A stretch of 64,000 bases of DNA from an uncultured Thermoplasmata archaeon (GCA_963768855.1 CAVYJM010000010.1:3545-67544), one strand, 5' to 3'; positions 16,594 to 26,607 are shown, counted from the stretch's first letter. Numbers and translations: made by a program. The notes: generated by a model not told the origin, from the sequence alone.

Positions 16594-17091
16594 TCACGAC
16601 TCCTCCTCCCCGAGGCGCCAGAGGTCGTCCCCGACGTGGTGGATCGTCTCGATCGCCTTGCCGCGCTCCTCGCGGGCCATCGTCGGGCCATCCATGATCG
16701 CGCGGCCGACCGCCAGGGGGCGACGGTTCTTCTCATCCCGGACCCAAACGAGGTCTCCCGCCCGGATGGCGGGGTCCGCGTCCACGATCCCCGGCGCCAT
16801 GACATCCGCGCCGTTGTAGACAAAGGGGACCGCTCCCATGTCGACCGTGACGTGGCGCTTGCTGGCCGGGAAAGCGAGGAGGCCGCGAACGGTAGGTCCG
16901 ACCGTTTCGCCCAGGACCAGGGCGACCGCCTCGTCGTCGAGGAGCAGGAGGCGCATCTCCCCCGCGTCCGCCGCATCGATCGGAGTCTCATCGGAGGGCA
17001 TCGCCATCCCAAAGTCCTCGCCGAGTCGACGGAACCACGCCTCGACTTCCTTGCGCCGGAGGCGGGTGCGGTGGCGCACCCTCAGGACCAT
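16594..17091 (-). CDS. PUA-domain RNA-binding protein
   Basis: C-terminal PUA pattern: VDMGAVPFVYNGADVMAPGIV...GDLVWVRDEKNRRPLAVGRAIM. Confidence 0.6.
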   Translation of the reverse strand: MVLRVRHRTRLRRKEVEAWFRRLGEDFGMAMPSDETPIDAADAGEMRLLLLDDEAVALVLGETVGPTVRGLLAFPASKRHVTVDMGAVPFVYNGADVMAPGIVDADPAIRAGDLVWVRDEKNRRPLAVGRAIMDGPTMAREERGKAIETIHHVGDDLWRLGEEES

Positions 17092-17176
17092 TGGAGGCCC
17101 TCATGAGCCCGAAGAAGATAACCCTTGCTCGGATTGGCGAGCCTGTCTTTTATCCATATGAAAGAATAAAAGGCTC

Positions 17177-19303
17177 CTACCCTGACGCGGGCGTCAGGTC
17201 CCGGAGACGGAGGGCCCGCTCGAGGTGCGGGTCCAGATCGAGCGCCCGGTCGAGCAGGCGGCGGGCCTTCGCCTCCTGGCCGCAAGACCGCCAGGCGACC
17301 GCAGCATCGCACCAGTATTCCGGGTCGGCCGGGTTGAGCCCGAGCGCGGCGTCGAAGCACCCGGCGGCCTCCTTCGATCGGCCGTCGGCGAGGAGGAGCT
17401 TCCCCTTGCGGTGGTAGGCGACGTCCCGGACCGCGGGATCGACGCGGACCGCGGCGTCGCAGGCGGCGAGGGCTTCCTCCCTCCGGCCGAGGGCGTGCAG
17501 CCAGTCCGCCCGGAGGAGCTGGGACGCCGCGTCCAGATCGGAGTCGTCGCCTAGGGTCTCGACCGCCGCGTCCGTGCGGCCCAGGGCCGCCAGGGCACGC
17601 GCCCGGTCGACCCGCGTGCCGACGTCGTCCTGAAGGGCGGCGGCTTTCTCCAGGAACGGCAGGGCGCGCTCCGGGTCTCCGCGGGTGAGCCAGGCTCGGC
17701 CCGCTGCGCGCCATCCGCGCGGATCCTCGGGGAACCGCACCCGGGCCTCGTCCGCGGGGGCCAGCGCGTCCGACCCGCGGCCCGCTCGGATGAGGGCGTC
17801 GGCCAGGGCGGCGAAGGGCTCGGCGTCCTTGGCGCGGGACGCTGCGGCGGCGTACGCCTCGAGGGCGTCCTCCGTCCGCGCAAGCTCGTCCAGGAGGCGA
17901 GCCTTCCGCAGCCACAGCGACGCGTCCGCCGCATCCATCTCGAGTCCGGCGTCGAAGCAGCCCAGGGCCTCCTCGTAGCATCGCTCCGCCTCGAGGGCGT
18001 TCCCGATCTCCTCGAGCACCTGGCCGCGGAAGATCCACGCATCCTCGAACCCGGGGTTCAGGATGAGCGCGTTGTTGAGCGCGTCTCGGCACTCCTCGAG
18101 GCGGCCCAGCGCGCGCAGGGCCTCCGCCTTGGCCATCCAAGCGTGGTCGTAGTTCGGGTTGAGCTCGAGGCTCTGGGTGATGAGCTCCAGTCCCTCCTCG
18201 TGGCGGCCGAGCTTGTGGAGGCTCTCGCCCTTCGCGTACAGCGCGTAGTCGAAGTCCGGCTTGATCTCGAGGGACTTGTCGTGGTACGTCAGCGATTCGG
18301 CCCACTTCCCCATCTTGTTGAGCGCGTTCCCGATGTTGTTCCACGCAATCTCGTACTTCGGGTTGACCTCGAGGGCCTTCTCGAAGTAGGGGATCGACTC
18401 CTCGTATCGCCCGAGGTTGTACAGGGCGTTCCCCAGGTTGTTCCAGAGGACCTCGTCGCCCACGTCGAACTCGAGGGCCTTCTGGTAACAGACGACGGCC
18501 TCCTCGAGGCGGTCGATGCCGTGCAGCGTGTATCCCTTGTTGTACCACGCGGCCTTGTAGTGCGGGTCCAGGGCGATCGCCCGGTCGTAGCATCGGAGCG
18601 CCTCGTCGTGGATGCCGAGCATGAAGAACGTGAAGCCTTTGTTGTTCCACGCCGGCGCGTCGTTCGGGTCGATCTCGAGCGCTCGGTCGTACGCCTCGAC
18701 TGCCTCTTCGTATCGCTCGAGGGCGAAGCGCGCATCGCCGAGCGCGGACCACGCCGTGCGGACCTTCGGGTCGAGGCCCACCGCGGCCTCGAGGGCCTCG
18801 GCCGCCTCCTGGGGGCGGTCCAGATCGAGGAGCAGGCGACCCTTCCGCACCCAGGCCGTCCCGTTCTTCGGATCGCGGCGCAGGAAGTCCTCGTACAGGG
18901 CGACCGCAGACTTCGCGCGCCCCAGGTGGGCGAGGGCCGCCGCCTTGTCGAAGAGCACCTCCGCGTAGTCCGGGCGGAGGGCGAGGGCGCGGTCGTACGC
19001 CTTCAGGGCATCCTCGAAGCGGCCCAGGTGGGCCTGCGCGTTCCCGAGGTTGTACCACGCGACGTCGTAGTCCGCCTTCCGGCCCAGCGCCTTGCGGTAC
19101 GAGTCGAGGGCATCCTCGTCCCGGCCGAGGCCGTCGAGCGCCACGCCGCGGTTGTTCCAGAGCACGTGATCCTCGTAGCCCAGGGCGACGGCGCGGTCGT
19201 AGCACTCGACCGCGTCCTCGTAGCGGTGTGCGTCGCAGAGGTCGTTCCCGCGAAGGAACTCCGACTCCCCGCGGGCGAGGTCCTCGGGCGGGGACGGGGG
19301 CAT
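17177..19303 (-). CDS. Tetratricopeptide (TPR) repeat protein, about 20 repeats
   Basis: A repeated 34-aa unit with the W-N-x-G-x-A-L...A...Y..AL...P signature (for example AWYNLGNAQAHLGRFEDALKAYDRALALRPDY) runs the whole length. Confidence 0.85.
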   Translation of the reverse strand: MPPSPPEDLARGESEFLRGNDLCDAHRYEDAVECYDRAVALGYEDHVLWNNRGVALDGLGRDEDALDSYRKALGRKADYDVAWYNLGNAQAHLGRFEDALKAYDRALALRPDYAEVLFDKAAALAHLGRAKSAVALYEDFLRRDPKNGTAWVRKGRLLLDLDRPQEAAEALEAAVGLDPKVRTAWSALGDARFALERYEEAVEAYDRALEIDPNDAPAWNNKGFTFFMLGIHDEALRCYDRAIALDPHYKAAWYNKGYTLHGIDRLEEAVVCYQKALEFDVGDEVLWNNLGNALYNLGRYEESIPYFEKALEVNPKYEIAWNNIGNALNKMGKWAESLTYHDKSLEIKPDFDYALYAKGESLHKLGRHEEGLELITQSLELNPNYDHAWMAKAEALRALGRLEECRDALNNALILNPGFEDAWIFRGQVLEEIGNALEAERCYEEALGCFDAGLEMDAADASLWLRKARLLDELARTEDALEAYAAAASRAKDAEPFAALADALIRAGRGSDALAPADEARVRFPEDPRGWRAAGRAWLTRGDPERALPFLEKAAALQDDVGTRVDRARALAALGRTDAAVETLGDDSDLDAASQLLRADWLHALGRREEALAACDAAVRVDPAVRDVAYHRKGKLLLADGRSKEAAGCFDAALGLNPADPEYWCDAAVAWRSCGQEAKARRLLDRALDLDPHLERALRLRDLTPASG

Positions 19304-19473
19304 GGAGGGCTTCCATCCGGGAGGGCTTGCTTAAACTTTCCGCGGCGGCCCTCCGTCCTGAGAGCGTCCCGGGTGCCGCGGACTCAGATTTAAGTAGCGA
19401 CACCCCCTTGAACCCGGTTCAGGGCGCGTCCTTGACGACCTTCGATGTAGAGTCCTTCTCCAAGACGAAGGCC

Positions 19474-20508
19474 ATGGAACTTCCGCGCTACGTCGTCGTG
19501 GGCCACGACGGCATCCTGCAGACGGGCGACGTCTGCGCGTCCCTCAAGCTCGGGCGGAAGGCGCTCCTCGTGGCCGACGAGATCACGATGAAGGTCGCAG
19601 GTGCGACCGTCGTCGACTCCCTAGCGAAGAAGCGTATCAAGACGCAGATCTTCCTGATCCCCGATGCCACGATGGAGGAAGTCCGAGAGGCGGAGGACCT
19701 CATCCGGAAGGGCAACTTCGATTTCGCCCTCGGCGTCGGGGGCGGCCGGCCTATCGACGTTGCGAAGTGCGCGTCCTTCAACGCCGGCGTGCCGTTCGTC
19801 AGCGTGCCGACCGCGGCGAGCCACGACGGCGTCGTGTCGTCCCGCGCCTCGATCACGAAGGGCGGCGAGAAGGTGAGCCTCGCCGCGCAGACGCCCATCG
19901 CGGTCATCATGGACACGGGGATCATCGCCGAATCGCCGTTCCGCCTCCTCGCCGCGGGATGCGGGGACATCATCTCGAACCTCTCCGCGGTGAAGGACTG
20001 GGCCCTCGCTCGGAACCTGAGGAATGAGTACTATTCCTCGTACGCAGCTGCGCTGAGCGAGCTGGCCGCGCACCTCGTAATCGAGAACGCCCCGACGATC
20101 AAGCCGCGGCTCGAGGAAAGCGCCTGGTTCGTGTGCAAGGCGCTCGTGTCGAGCGGGGTGGCGATGTCCATCGCGGGTTCCTCCCGGCCCGCGTCGGGGA
20201 GCGAACACAAGTTCTCCCACGCGCTTGACCGCGTCGCGAAGAAGCCGGCGCTGCATGGGGAGCAGTGCGGGGTCGGGACGATCATGATGATGTACCTCCA
20301 CGCCGGGAACTGGGAGGAGGTGCGGGACGCCCTCCTGGCGATCGGCGCGCCCACGACGGCCCACGCGCTCGGGGTCACGGACGACGAGGTCGTCCAGGCG
20401 CTCGTCCACGCGCACGAGATCGCGAGGGACCGCTATACGATCCTGGGGGACACGGGCCTCACGGAGGAAGCCGCCGAGCGGCTCGCGCGAATCACGAAGG
20501 TCATCTGA
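19474..20508 (+). CDS. egsA: sn-Glycerol-1-phosphate dehydrogenase
   Basis: MELPRYVVVG..., GVGGGRPIDVAK, VPTAASHDG and the His cluster SGSEHKFSH...HGEQCG are typical of archaeal G1PDH. Confidence 0.85.
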   Translation: MELPRYVVVGHDGILQTGDVCASLKLGRKALLVADEITMKVAGATVVDSLAKKRIKTQIFLIPDATMEEVREAEDLIRKGNFDFALGVGGGRPIDVAKCASFNAGVPFVSVPTAASHDGVVSSRASITKGGEKVSLAAQTPIAVIMDTGIIAESPFRLLAAGCGDIISNLSAVKDWALARNLRNEYYSSYAAALSELAAHLVIENAPTIKPRLEESAWFVCKALVSSGVAMSIAGSSRPASGSEHKFSHALDRVAKKPALHGEQCGVGTIMMMYLHAGNWEEVRDALLAIGAPTTAHALGVTDDEVVQALVHAHEIARDRYTILGDTGLTEEAAERLARITKVI

Positions 20509-21241
20509 GCACGCCGAACTTGTCCCGCGAGTCGATGAGCCGATCGACGAACGGTTCGATGTCGATCGTGAGCCCATATTTCCGGAAGTACGCTCCGAGC
20601 GCGTCGAGGCCGTGCCAGAGCGCCTCGGTCGCCTCGGTGAGGCGGATCCATGCGGACGTCCCGATCCGGTCGACCCGGAGGCCCTCGCTGAAGTCGATGA
20701 ACCAAGGCTCGCCCTGATGGACGAGGATGTTGAAGGCGCTAAGGTCGCCATGGACCACTCCGGCCCGGGCGAGGGACTCGACCCCGGCGAGCACCGCCTC
20801 GAGGAAGCGGTCGGGATCCTCGAGCCTCACGTCCTGGAGCCGGGGAGAGGGCCCATCCTCCCCGCCGAGGTACCGCATGGAGAACATGTTCTCGACGCGT
20901 CGGGCGGGCGCGGGCACGCGCGCGCCTCCTCTCCAAGCCTGGCGGGTGATCTCGAACTCGTGCGCAGCGCGCCAGCCCATCGAATCAGCCTTGATGGGCC
21001 CGCCTCCGCGGTGGGAGGTGCGGTAGAGGCGGCACACCTTGATCGCGAGCGGCGCTCCCTGGTAGCGCCCCAGGTAGACGTCCGCCTCCTTGCCTGCGTT
21101 GATGAGGCCGACGACCTCGGTCGCGAGGCCGGAGGAGAGGATGGCCTCCGACGTGGAGCGGTACCCCGACTCGTGTAGGTCGAGCGTTCCCGCCTTGATG
21201 CGCCACTGGACGCTCGCGTCCAGGTATGGTGTGTTCGGCAT
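20501..21241 (-). CDS. RIO-type serine/threonine protein kinase
   Basis: GKEADVYLG, LAIKVCR, catalytic HGDLSAFNILV and metal-binding IDFSE. Confidence 0.8.
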   Translation of the reverse strand: MPNTPYLDASVQWRIKAGTLDLHESGYRSTSEAILSSGLATEVVGLINAGKEADVYLGRYQGAPLAIKVCRLYRTSHRGGGPIKADSMGWRAAHEFEITRQAWRGGARVPAPARRVENMFSMRYLGGEDGPSPRLQDVRLEDPDRFLEAVLAGVESLARAGVVHGDLSAFNILVHQGEPWFIDFSEGLRVDRIGTSAWIRLTEATEALWHGLDALGAYFRKYGLTIDIEPFVDRLIDSRDKFGVLR

Positions 21242-21499
21242 TCCCTGGCTCTCGATGTCAACGATGACAGCGTTCGCACAGCAAGCTCACGAACGCCGGA
21301 GAGCCGAGGACGATCTCACGCGGCTCCCGGCGTCGCTCGGAAAACCCATTCGGACATCATCGCCGGGAACCTCCTGGTCCACTGGACCAGCCCTCCAAAA
21401 CGACGACCCCTAGATGAAGGTGCCGCCCCAGTCAGGGCCGGCACAGCGGTCGACGGTGGGCTTAAGTCCGACCGGAGCGTAGAGCCACCGGGGAGCCTC

Positions 21500-21934
21500 G
21501 TGGCCCAGATCACCTTGGTGGGGGAGCGGCAGGCCGTCGAGGGCCACGAGTTCGTGTACCGTGGGCCGCAACCCGAGTGCCGCGAGTGCCGCGTGAAGGC
21601 GGCATGCCTCAATCAGGACGTCGGGCGACGATATCGGATCACGCATGTCCGCGACGTGAGCCATCCCTGCCTGCTGAACGAGGAGCGCGCTCGCGTTGTC
21701 GAGGTCGAGGCGGCGCCCCCGGAATGCAGCGTCCCTGTTCGCGCCGCGGTCGAGGGCGCGCTTGTCAGCTACGAGCCGCTCCTTTGCTCGAACGTGGCCT
21801 GCCCGAACTACCGCCTGTGCCATCCCATCGGCATCCAGGCGGGTCAGCGCCTGCAGGTTCAGGATGTCGGACGGGAGCTCGACTGCCCCCTCGGCTACGA
21901 CATCGTGCCCGTCCACGTCGCGTATTCGGAGTGA
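21500..21934 (+). CDS. UPF0179-family archaeal protein
   Basis: ITLVGERQAVEGHEFVYRGPQPECRECRVKAACLN...GRRYRITHVRD matches the UPF0179 N-terminal signature. GTG start. Confidence 0.6.
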   Translation: MAQITLVGERQAVEGHEFVYRGPQPECRECRVKAACLNQDVGRRYRITHVRDVSHPCLLNEERARVVEVEAAPPECSVPVRAAVEGALVSYEPLLCSNVACPNYRLCHPIGIQAGQRLQVQDVGRELDCPLGYDIVPVHVAYSE

Positions 21935-21944
21935 TGGCTCATCC

Positions 21945-22367
21945 ATGAAAGCGTCCCTGCCGCGGCGCATGACGCTCCACGCGATCGAGGCTGCGTTCCT
22001 GACTCTGGACTACCGCGTGAAGCGGGAGACCTTCGACCTCGTCGCGTTCAAGCCGCTCCTTCGCGGCCGGCGGTTCCACATGCGGCTCGAGACCCACGGC
22101 CTCGAGACCGTGCCCAAGGGATCGGAGATCGACCTCCACGTCGATTTCCTGCGGGAGAACGCCCACGCGAGCTTCCACGGCTCCCAGGCGGAGTCCGAGG
22201 CGATCGCGTTCGAGATGGCGCAACTACTCGGCGCGCTAGGTCGCCAAGACCCGAACCGCTCGAGGCCCCGCGTGCGCTGCCCGGACTGCGGCAAGGAGTT
22301 CGGACAGGACGTGTTCCAGGCGCACCGCGCGGTCGTCCACGGGCGTCAGGGGAACCCGCGGCTGTAA
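21945..22367 (+). CDS. Hypothetical protein with a C-terminal C2H2-type zinc finger
   Basis: CPDCGKEFGQDVFQAHRAVVH near the C-terminus. The rest is unassigned. Confidence 0.45.
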   Translation: MKASLPRRMTLHAIEAAFLTLDYRVKRETFDLVAFKPLLRGRRFHMRLETHGLETVPKGSEIDLHVDFLRENAHASFHGSQAESEAIAFEMAQLLGALGRQDPNRSRPRVRCPDCGKEFGQDVFQAHRAVVHGRQGNPRL

Positions 22368-22789
22368 ATCGTGCGCCCCGTGTTCCGGAAGCCCAGGGAC
22401 TTCCAGAATGCCGCCGCCGCGGCGTTCGTCGGGAGGACCTCCAAGTCGATCTGGTCCACGTGCATCGCTTTCGCCTCGTCCACGAGCTTCGTGGCGAGCG
22501 CGCGCCCGATGCCTTTGCGGCGCAGGGTCGGATCGACGTAGAAATCGTTGACGACCAGGACGCGTCCGAGCTCCGCGGACGGCTGGTAGACCGCCAATGC
22601 GATGCCCACGACGGCACGCTTCTCGCGGGCGACGAGGAGGACGCCACCAACTCGGTTTCGAAGGAGCTGGTCCACGGCCCAGGAGATCCGCTCGGGCCGC
22701 GGCTTCACGCCCTCGCTCGCGTGATAGGCTGCGATGAGACGCTCGACGTCCGGGCGGTCCGGGGGGACGGCGCGATCGACGAGCACCAT
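22346..22789 (-). CDS. GNAT-family N-acetyltransferase
   Basis: VNDFYVDPTLRRKGIGRALATKLVDEAK (Q/RxxGxG motif) and ...AAAAFWKSLGF. Confidence 0.7.
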   Translation of the reverse strand: MVLVDRAVPPDRPDVERLIAAYHASEGVKPRPERISWAVDQLLRNRVGGVLLVAREKRAVVGIALAVYQPSAELGRVLVVNDFYVDPTLRRKGIGRALATKLVDEAKAMHVDQIDLEVLPTNAAAAAFWKSLGFRNTGRTIYSRGFP

Positions 22790-22836
22790 GGCGCTTCGCG
22801 AGTCAGGTCTCCCGTATAAGGGTTACGAGGCATCAA

Positions 22837-24105
22837 TCAGAAGAGGGTCACGCGGACGGTCTCTCCCTTCTCCACGAGGTCGACGTTCGCGGGAATCTCG
22901 ATGTAGCCGTCCGCATGCGCCATCGACGTGATCGCGCCGCTCTCCTTGTAGGCGGGAACGGCCACCCCGTCGACGATGCGCACGGTGTGGAACTCGACAC
23001 GGCCGAGGGCGCTCGTCAACCGCTTCGCGAGCGGCGCCTCGACGACGCGCTCGACGGCGGGCGGGAGACGGGCCATGCGCCGCAGCATCGGAGCCAGGAT
23101 GAGGTAGCAGTTGCTCAGGCACGACGTCGGGTAGCCGGGCATTCCGAGGACCGCCTTGCCCTCGACGCGACCGAGGACGGTCGGCTTGCCCGGCTTGACC
23201 GCGACCCCGTGGAACAGGAGGTCTCCCATCTCTCGGAGCACGTCGATGATCATATCCTTCTCGCCGACGCTGGAACCGCCGCTGAAGACGACGAGATCCT
23301 CTCGGACCGCCTTCGCGAGGGCGTCATGGAGAGCGTCGAGGCGGTCTGCGACGCGGCCCTGGAGGACCGGCTCCCCGCCGTTCTCCCGCACAATCGAGGA
23401 CATCGTGTTCGCGTTGATGTCGTACACCTGGCCAGGGCGGATTGGATGCCCGGGCGGCACGACCTCGTCGCCCGTCGTGAGGATTGCGACCCTCGGCCTC
23501 GCATAGACGGAGACGCGATCCCGACCGATTGCCGCGAGCGCACCCACCTTCGCCGGGGTGAGCCATTCGCCCAGCGTGACGACGAGGGAGCCCTTGCGGA
23601 TGTCCTCTCCCTGGCCTGAGACGTTCTCCCGCGGATGCACGGGGCGGTATACCTTGACGACGTCCTTCTCGCGCTCCGTGTCCTCGACCATGACAACCGC
23701 GTCCGCTCCGCGAGGCAGGGTCGCACCCGTCGCGACCTCCGTGCACCGTCCCTTCGTCACGCGCTTCGCCGGCACGCCGTCCGCGTAGACTGTCTCCAGG
23801 ATTCGGAGGACCATGGGCTTGAACTTCCCCGCGCGGAACGTCTCGCGGGCGACGACGGCGTACCCGTCCATCGCCGCGCGGTCTGCCAGGGGCACGTCGA
23901 TCGGCGAGCGGACGTCCTCCGCGTTCACCCGGCGGAGAGACTCGAGGAGCGGGACCGTTTCGTGGCGCTCCAGTGGGACGGCGAGGTCCATGCACATCGT
24001 GAGCGCCTCGTCGAGGGCGATGAGCGCCTTGAGCGGGCGCATGCCGTGGCCCGGGTGCTCGCGGTCGTCGTGATCGTGCCCGCGGTGCGCGGTCGCTCGG
24101 TTCAT
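22837..24105 (-). CDS. moeA: Molybdopterin molybdenumtransferase MoeA
   Basis: MoeA N-terminal and linker domains plus the MoCF domain (VVFSGGSSVGEKD). The ATG at 24105 adds a His-rich leader (HRGHDHDDREHPGHG). The ATG at 24042 (MRPLKAL...) is the alternative start. Confidence 0.85.
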   Translation of the reverse strand: MNRATAHRGHDHDDREHPGHGMRPLKALIALDEALTMCMDLAVPLERHETVPLLESLRRVNAEDVRSPIDVPLADRAAMDGYAVVARETFRAGKFKPMVLRILETVYADGVPAKRVTKGRCTEVATGATLPRGADAVVMVEDTEREKDVVKVYRPVHPRENVSGQGEDIRKGSLVVTLGEWLTPAKVGALAAIGRDRVSVYARPRVAILTTGDEVVPPGHPIRPGQVYDINANTMSSIVRENGGEPVLQGRVADRLDALHDALAKAVREDLVVFSGGSSVGEKDMIIDVLREMGDLLFHGVAVKPGKPTVLGRVEGKAVLGMPGYPTSCLSNCYLILAPMLRRMARLPPAVERVVEAPLAKRLTSALGRVEFHTVRIVDGVAVPAYKESGAITSMAHADGYIEIPANVDLVEKGETVRVTLF

Positions 24106-24602
24106 CGGTTCATCACCCCGACCGCATGCCCGAGCTCCGGGAGAATGAGCTTCTCCATCGCGAGGCGGCACGCGTCGGGCGAGCCAGGGAGGCAGAACAC
24201 GATCCGGCCATGGTACACGCCTGCGGTGGCCCCGGAGAGCCAGGCCGCGCTCCCAATCGAGTCATAGGAAAGGCGCCGAAACAGTTCGCCGAAGCCGGGG
24301 AGCGTGCGCTCGAACTGCGGGGCCAGCGTCGGAATCGTCACGTCGCGTCGCCCGAGCCCGGTGCCCCCGTTCGTGATGATTGCCTCGCAGGTCCACGACG
24401 CCTGCTCGACTGCATCGGAGATGGCCTTCGGCTCGTCCTTGACGACCACGTAGAAGAGGACCGCGTGGCCCGCCTTGAGGAGGAGCTCACGGATGAGCCT
24501 GCCCGAGTCATCTGTCGCCTCTGTGCGGCTGTCCGAACTCGTGACGATCCCACATTTCACGGAAGCGGGAGCGTGGTCCTTGTGGTCCTGATGGACGGGC
24601 AT
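24102..24602 (-). CDS. moaB: Molybdenum cofactor biosynthesis protein MoaB/Mog-type
   Basis: VKCGIVTSSDSR..., ITNGGTGLGRRDVT and FCLPGSP. The start could be 24632, which would be leaderless relative to the palindrome/TATA at 24649-24670. Confidence 0.8.
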   Translation of the reverse strand: MPVHQDHKDHAPASVKCGIVTSSDSRTEATDDSGRLIRELLLKAGHAVLFYVVVKDEPKAISDAVEQASWTCEAIITNGGTGLGRRDVTIPTLAPQFERTLPGFGELFRRLSYDSIGSAAWLSGATAGVYHGRIVFCLPGSPDACRLAMEKLILPELGHAVGVMNR

Positions 24603-24648
24603 GCGCCAGAGGAGAAGACCAGCCAAGGTCAAAAGGTTCGTCCCGCAG

Positions 24649-24670
24649 GTTAACCTTATTCAAGGTTGAC
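24649..24670. promoter_or_regulatory. Copy b of the recurrent palindrome (GTTAACCTT-ATTC-AAGGTTGAC)
   Basis: 8 of 9 arm positions pair. It lies in the divergent intergenic region between moaB and the M50 protease gene. Confidence 0.45.
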
Positions 24671-24907
24671 GCAGATTTCTCCCCGACACTTCCGGAATGG
24701 CGTCTGATTGAGGCTGCGCACGTCTCACCATCCCGTGACGTGTTCGCGGACTGGCTCCGAGTGCAGTCGAGCCCAGGATGAATCCACACGAACGCTGGAA
24801 TCGCGGGAACCGAATCTGCCGCCAAGAACCCCCGCTGAACCGTCTAATACGGAGCGCGACATTGCCGCGGCGTGCCCTCCGCACGTGTCGAACCAACCCG
24901 TGCAGGG

Positions 24908-25600
24908 ATGCGGTTCACTCGCGTAGAGGGTAGGCAGATCTCCATCGGTGTTGCCGTGATGACGTTCGCGTTTGCGATCGCCTACATCGGCGGCGCACGG
25001 AATCTGGAGAGCTACTTCCGCTTCGGTGGCGACCTTCTGTTCCTGATCGTCCTCACCGGCTCCTTCGTCGCGGTCGTGACCGCGTTCTTCCTCCACGAGC
25101 TTGCGCACAAGGCGGTCGCCCAGCGTTACGGCGCGGTCGCGGAATACCGCTACTCTCCCGCGGGCCTCCTTGCGGGGCTCGTCACCGCCTTCATCGGCTG
25201 GATGCTCGCGATGCCGGGGGCCGTGGTCATTTCCGGACGGATCACCCCTCGACATCAGGTGCGAATCAGCGTGGCGGGACCCGCGGCGAACCTCGCCTTC
25301 GCGGCCGTGTTCATCGGCCTCTCGGTCGCGCTCGGCACGACCCCTGGTCGGTTCAGGGAGCCGATCCCGATCTTCGTCGGCACCCTTGCCTTCGTGAATC
25401 TGCTCCTGGCGGGGTTCAACCTCATCCCGGTCCCGCCCATTGCCTTCCATCGCGTCATTGCCGGGAGACTCCCTGTGAATGTGACGCTCCCCGCGAGCGA
25501 CGGGTTCCTGATTCTGGTGCCCAGCAAGGTGGTGTGGGCCACGTCGGTCGTGGCGCTCTTCGCACTGGGCATCGGGGGCCACTTGCTTGAAGTCTTCTAG
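24908..25600 (+). CDS. Site-2 protease family (M50) membrane metalloprotease
   Basis: HELAH zinc motif in a TM helix; FNLIPVPP...SDG downstream; multiple TM segments. Confidence 0.65.
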   Translation: MRFTRVEGRQISIGVAVMTFAFAIAYIGGARNLESYFRFGGDLLFLIVLTGSFVAVVTAFFLHELAHKAVAQRYGAVAEYRYSPAGLLAGLVTAFIGWMLAMPGAVVISGRITPRHQVRISVAGPAANLAFAAVFIGLSVALGTTPGRFREPIPIFVGTLAFVNLLLAGFNLIPVPPIAFHRVIAGRLPVNVTLPASDGFLILVPSKVVWATSVVALFALGIGGHLLEVF

Positions 25601-25705
25601 GTCGCGTTGACCGTCGCCGTCAGGCATCCCGCGCCGAGCCCATTGGCCAGGTTTGCGATTCATCGGCCGGGGGACATGCGTTGAGCATCGCTTGTCTCTC
25701 GGAGA

Positions 25706-26398
25706 CTAGGCGGCCGGTGGTGCAACGGAAGGCGAGGCAGCTTTGGGGGATATCTTAGGAACTCTGCGGTAGGCGTCGAGGTACGCGATGATGAATAGAG
25801 CGTAGGTCAGCGCAAAATAGGATCCGAAACCGGCAACCGATGCGTTGAGAGAACCGTCGGCGAGCGTGCGGGTCTGAAAGTCTTGGATAATCGCGCCGAA
25901 GTCCTGGGCAAGAACTTGCCCCATCCAGAAAGAAACAACCGCGGCCCAGCCAAGGGCGAGGAGGAGGAGAGCTTTGCCGACCCATGCTGTCAGATGGAGG
26001 GCAAGCAACACATACGTCGCGAACGTGAGGAACAGGGAAGCCATGAGCGCAGCGCCGAACACCCACGACACCCACCAGGATATCGGCGCGGCCGACCCGT
26101 AGCTGGACCAGACAAGCGTTGCGGCGCCCGCCACGAGAGCGACGAGGCTGAGCCCGAACGTCCGATGAGCGTGTCGGAATTCCCGGCTGAGGAGATCGTT
26201 CCACTGGTTGCGCCCCATCCAGAGGACAAAGATACCGGCCAGGGTGACGAAAGGCCCGAGGATGAAAATCACAGCGGCGTAGGGCAATCGGTAGCTGCGG
26301 CTGACGTACGCGTACGCCTCCATCGCCCCTTCGATTGCGAACCCTATGGTAAGAATCGCAAGGGTGAGGCGGAGCTTGGACACCACGGGCAACGGCAT
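25706..26398 (-). CDS. Multi-pass membrane protein, unknown function
   Basis: 230 aa with about 7 hydrophobic segments. No recognisable motif. Confidence 0.45.
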   Translation of the reverse strand: MPLPVVSKLRLTLAILTIGFAIEGAMEAYAYVSRSYRLPYAAVIFILGPFVTLAGIFVLWMGRNQWNDLLSREFRHAHRTFGLSLVALVAGAATLVWSSYGSAAPISWWVSWVFGAALMASLFLTFATYVLLALHLTAWVGKALLLLALGWAAVVSFWMGQVLAQDFGAIIQDFQTRTLADGSLNASVAGFGSYFALTYALFIIAYLDAYRRVPKISPKAASPSVAPPAA

Positions 26399-26468
26399 GC
26401 ATGCCTCCGGGCCTCTTCAAGAGGCCGACGCCGCAGCAAGCGAGACCGACATTTCCATCACCTGCATG

Positions 26469-26591
26469 GTGTCCTCACGTCTTCATGATGTCTCGGTCTG
26501 CCGGGCGTTTGCGGACGCGACCGCGGCCAACCGTCGAGTTGGCGGCATGCCTCTTGGCCGCGGTCTTCCTGCCGCCTCGGCTCTTCTTTGC
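26469..26591. repeat. Copy 1 of a 123-nt ungapped direct repeat (degenerate microprotein copy)
   Basis: Aligns without gaps to 27112-27234 with 103 of 123 identities (manual count). Read on the minus strand it gives ...TAKKSRGGRKTAAKRHAANSTVGRGRVRKRPADRDIMKT*, but the ATG is replaced by ACC. Confidence 0.8.
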
Positions 26592-26607
26592 GGTTCTTGC
26601 GTCACCT

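Noticed and set aside
17177-19303. Periodic DNA repetition that could be mistaken for a CRISPR-like or tandem-repeat array.
   Set aside because: The periodicity is the 34-codon TPR unit at the protein level. The nucleotide copies are divergent and there is no repeat/spacer structure. I saw no CRISPR array anywhere in the window.
17082-19403. A very long alternative-frame ORF (773 aa, Arg/Pro/Gly-rich) overlapping the TPR gene. Similar long shadow ORFs occur at 875-2059, 6774-7835, 22048-22650, 43646-45952, 46921-48663, 51002-52009, 52088-53123, 53105-55033 and 53148-54773.
   Set aside because: Their translations are low-complexity Arg/Pro/Gly/Ala strings with no motifs. In each case another frame or strand carries a clearly recognisable protein. 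Long stop-free shadow frames are expected at this GC content.
21242-21499. A 258-nt intergenic region between the RIO kinase gene and the UPF0179 gene, inspected for a tRNA, an ncRNA or a small ORF (for example the 52-aa MSTMTAFAQQ...). The other long spacers (31127-31332 and 33868-34207) were inspected as well.
   Set aside because: No cloverleaf-compatible sequence (no acceptor/T-arm GTTCRANYC pattern) and no convincing coding signal. Only a short CTGGTCCA/TGGACCAG inverted repeat is present. No tRNA or rRNA gene could be supported in the window.
25411-25480. A suspected frameshift in the M50 protease gene, because the usual NxxPxxxLDG motif is not contiguous (FNLIPVPP IAFHRVIAG...).
   Set aside because: Neither alternative frame restores the motif. 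One frame hits a stop within 14 codons and the other is Cys/Arg-rich. An SDG triplet follows 19 residues later, which is compatible with an insertion. I left the gene as intact.
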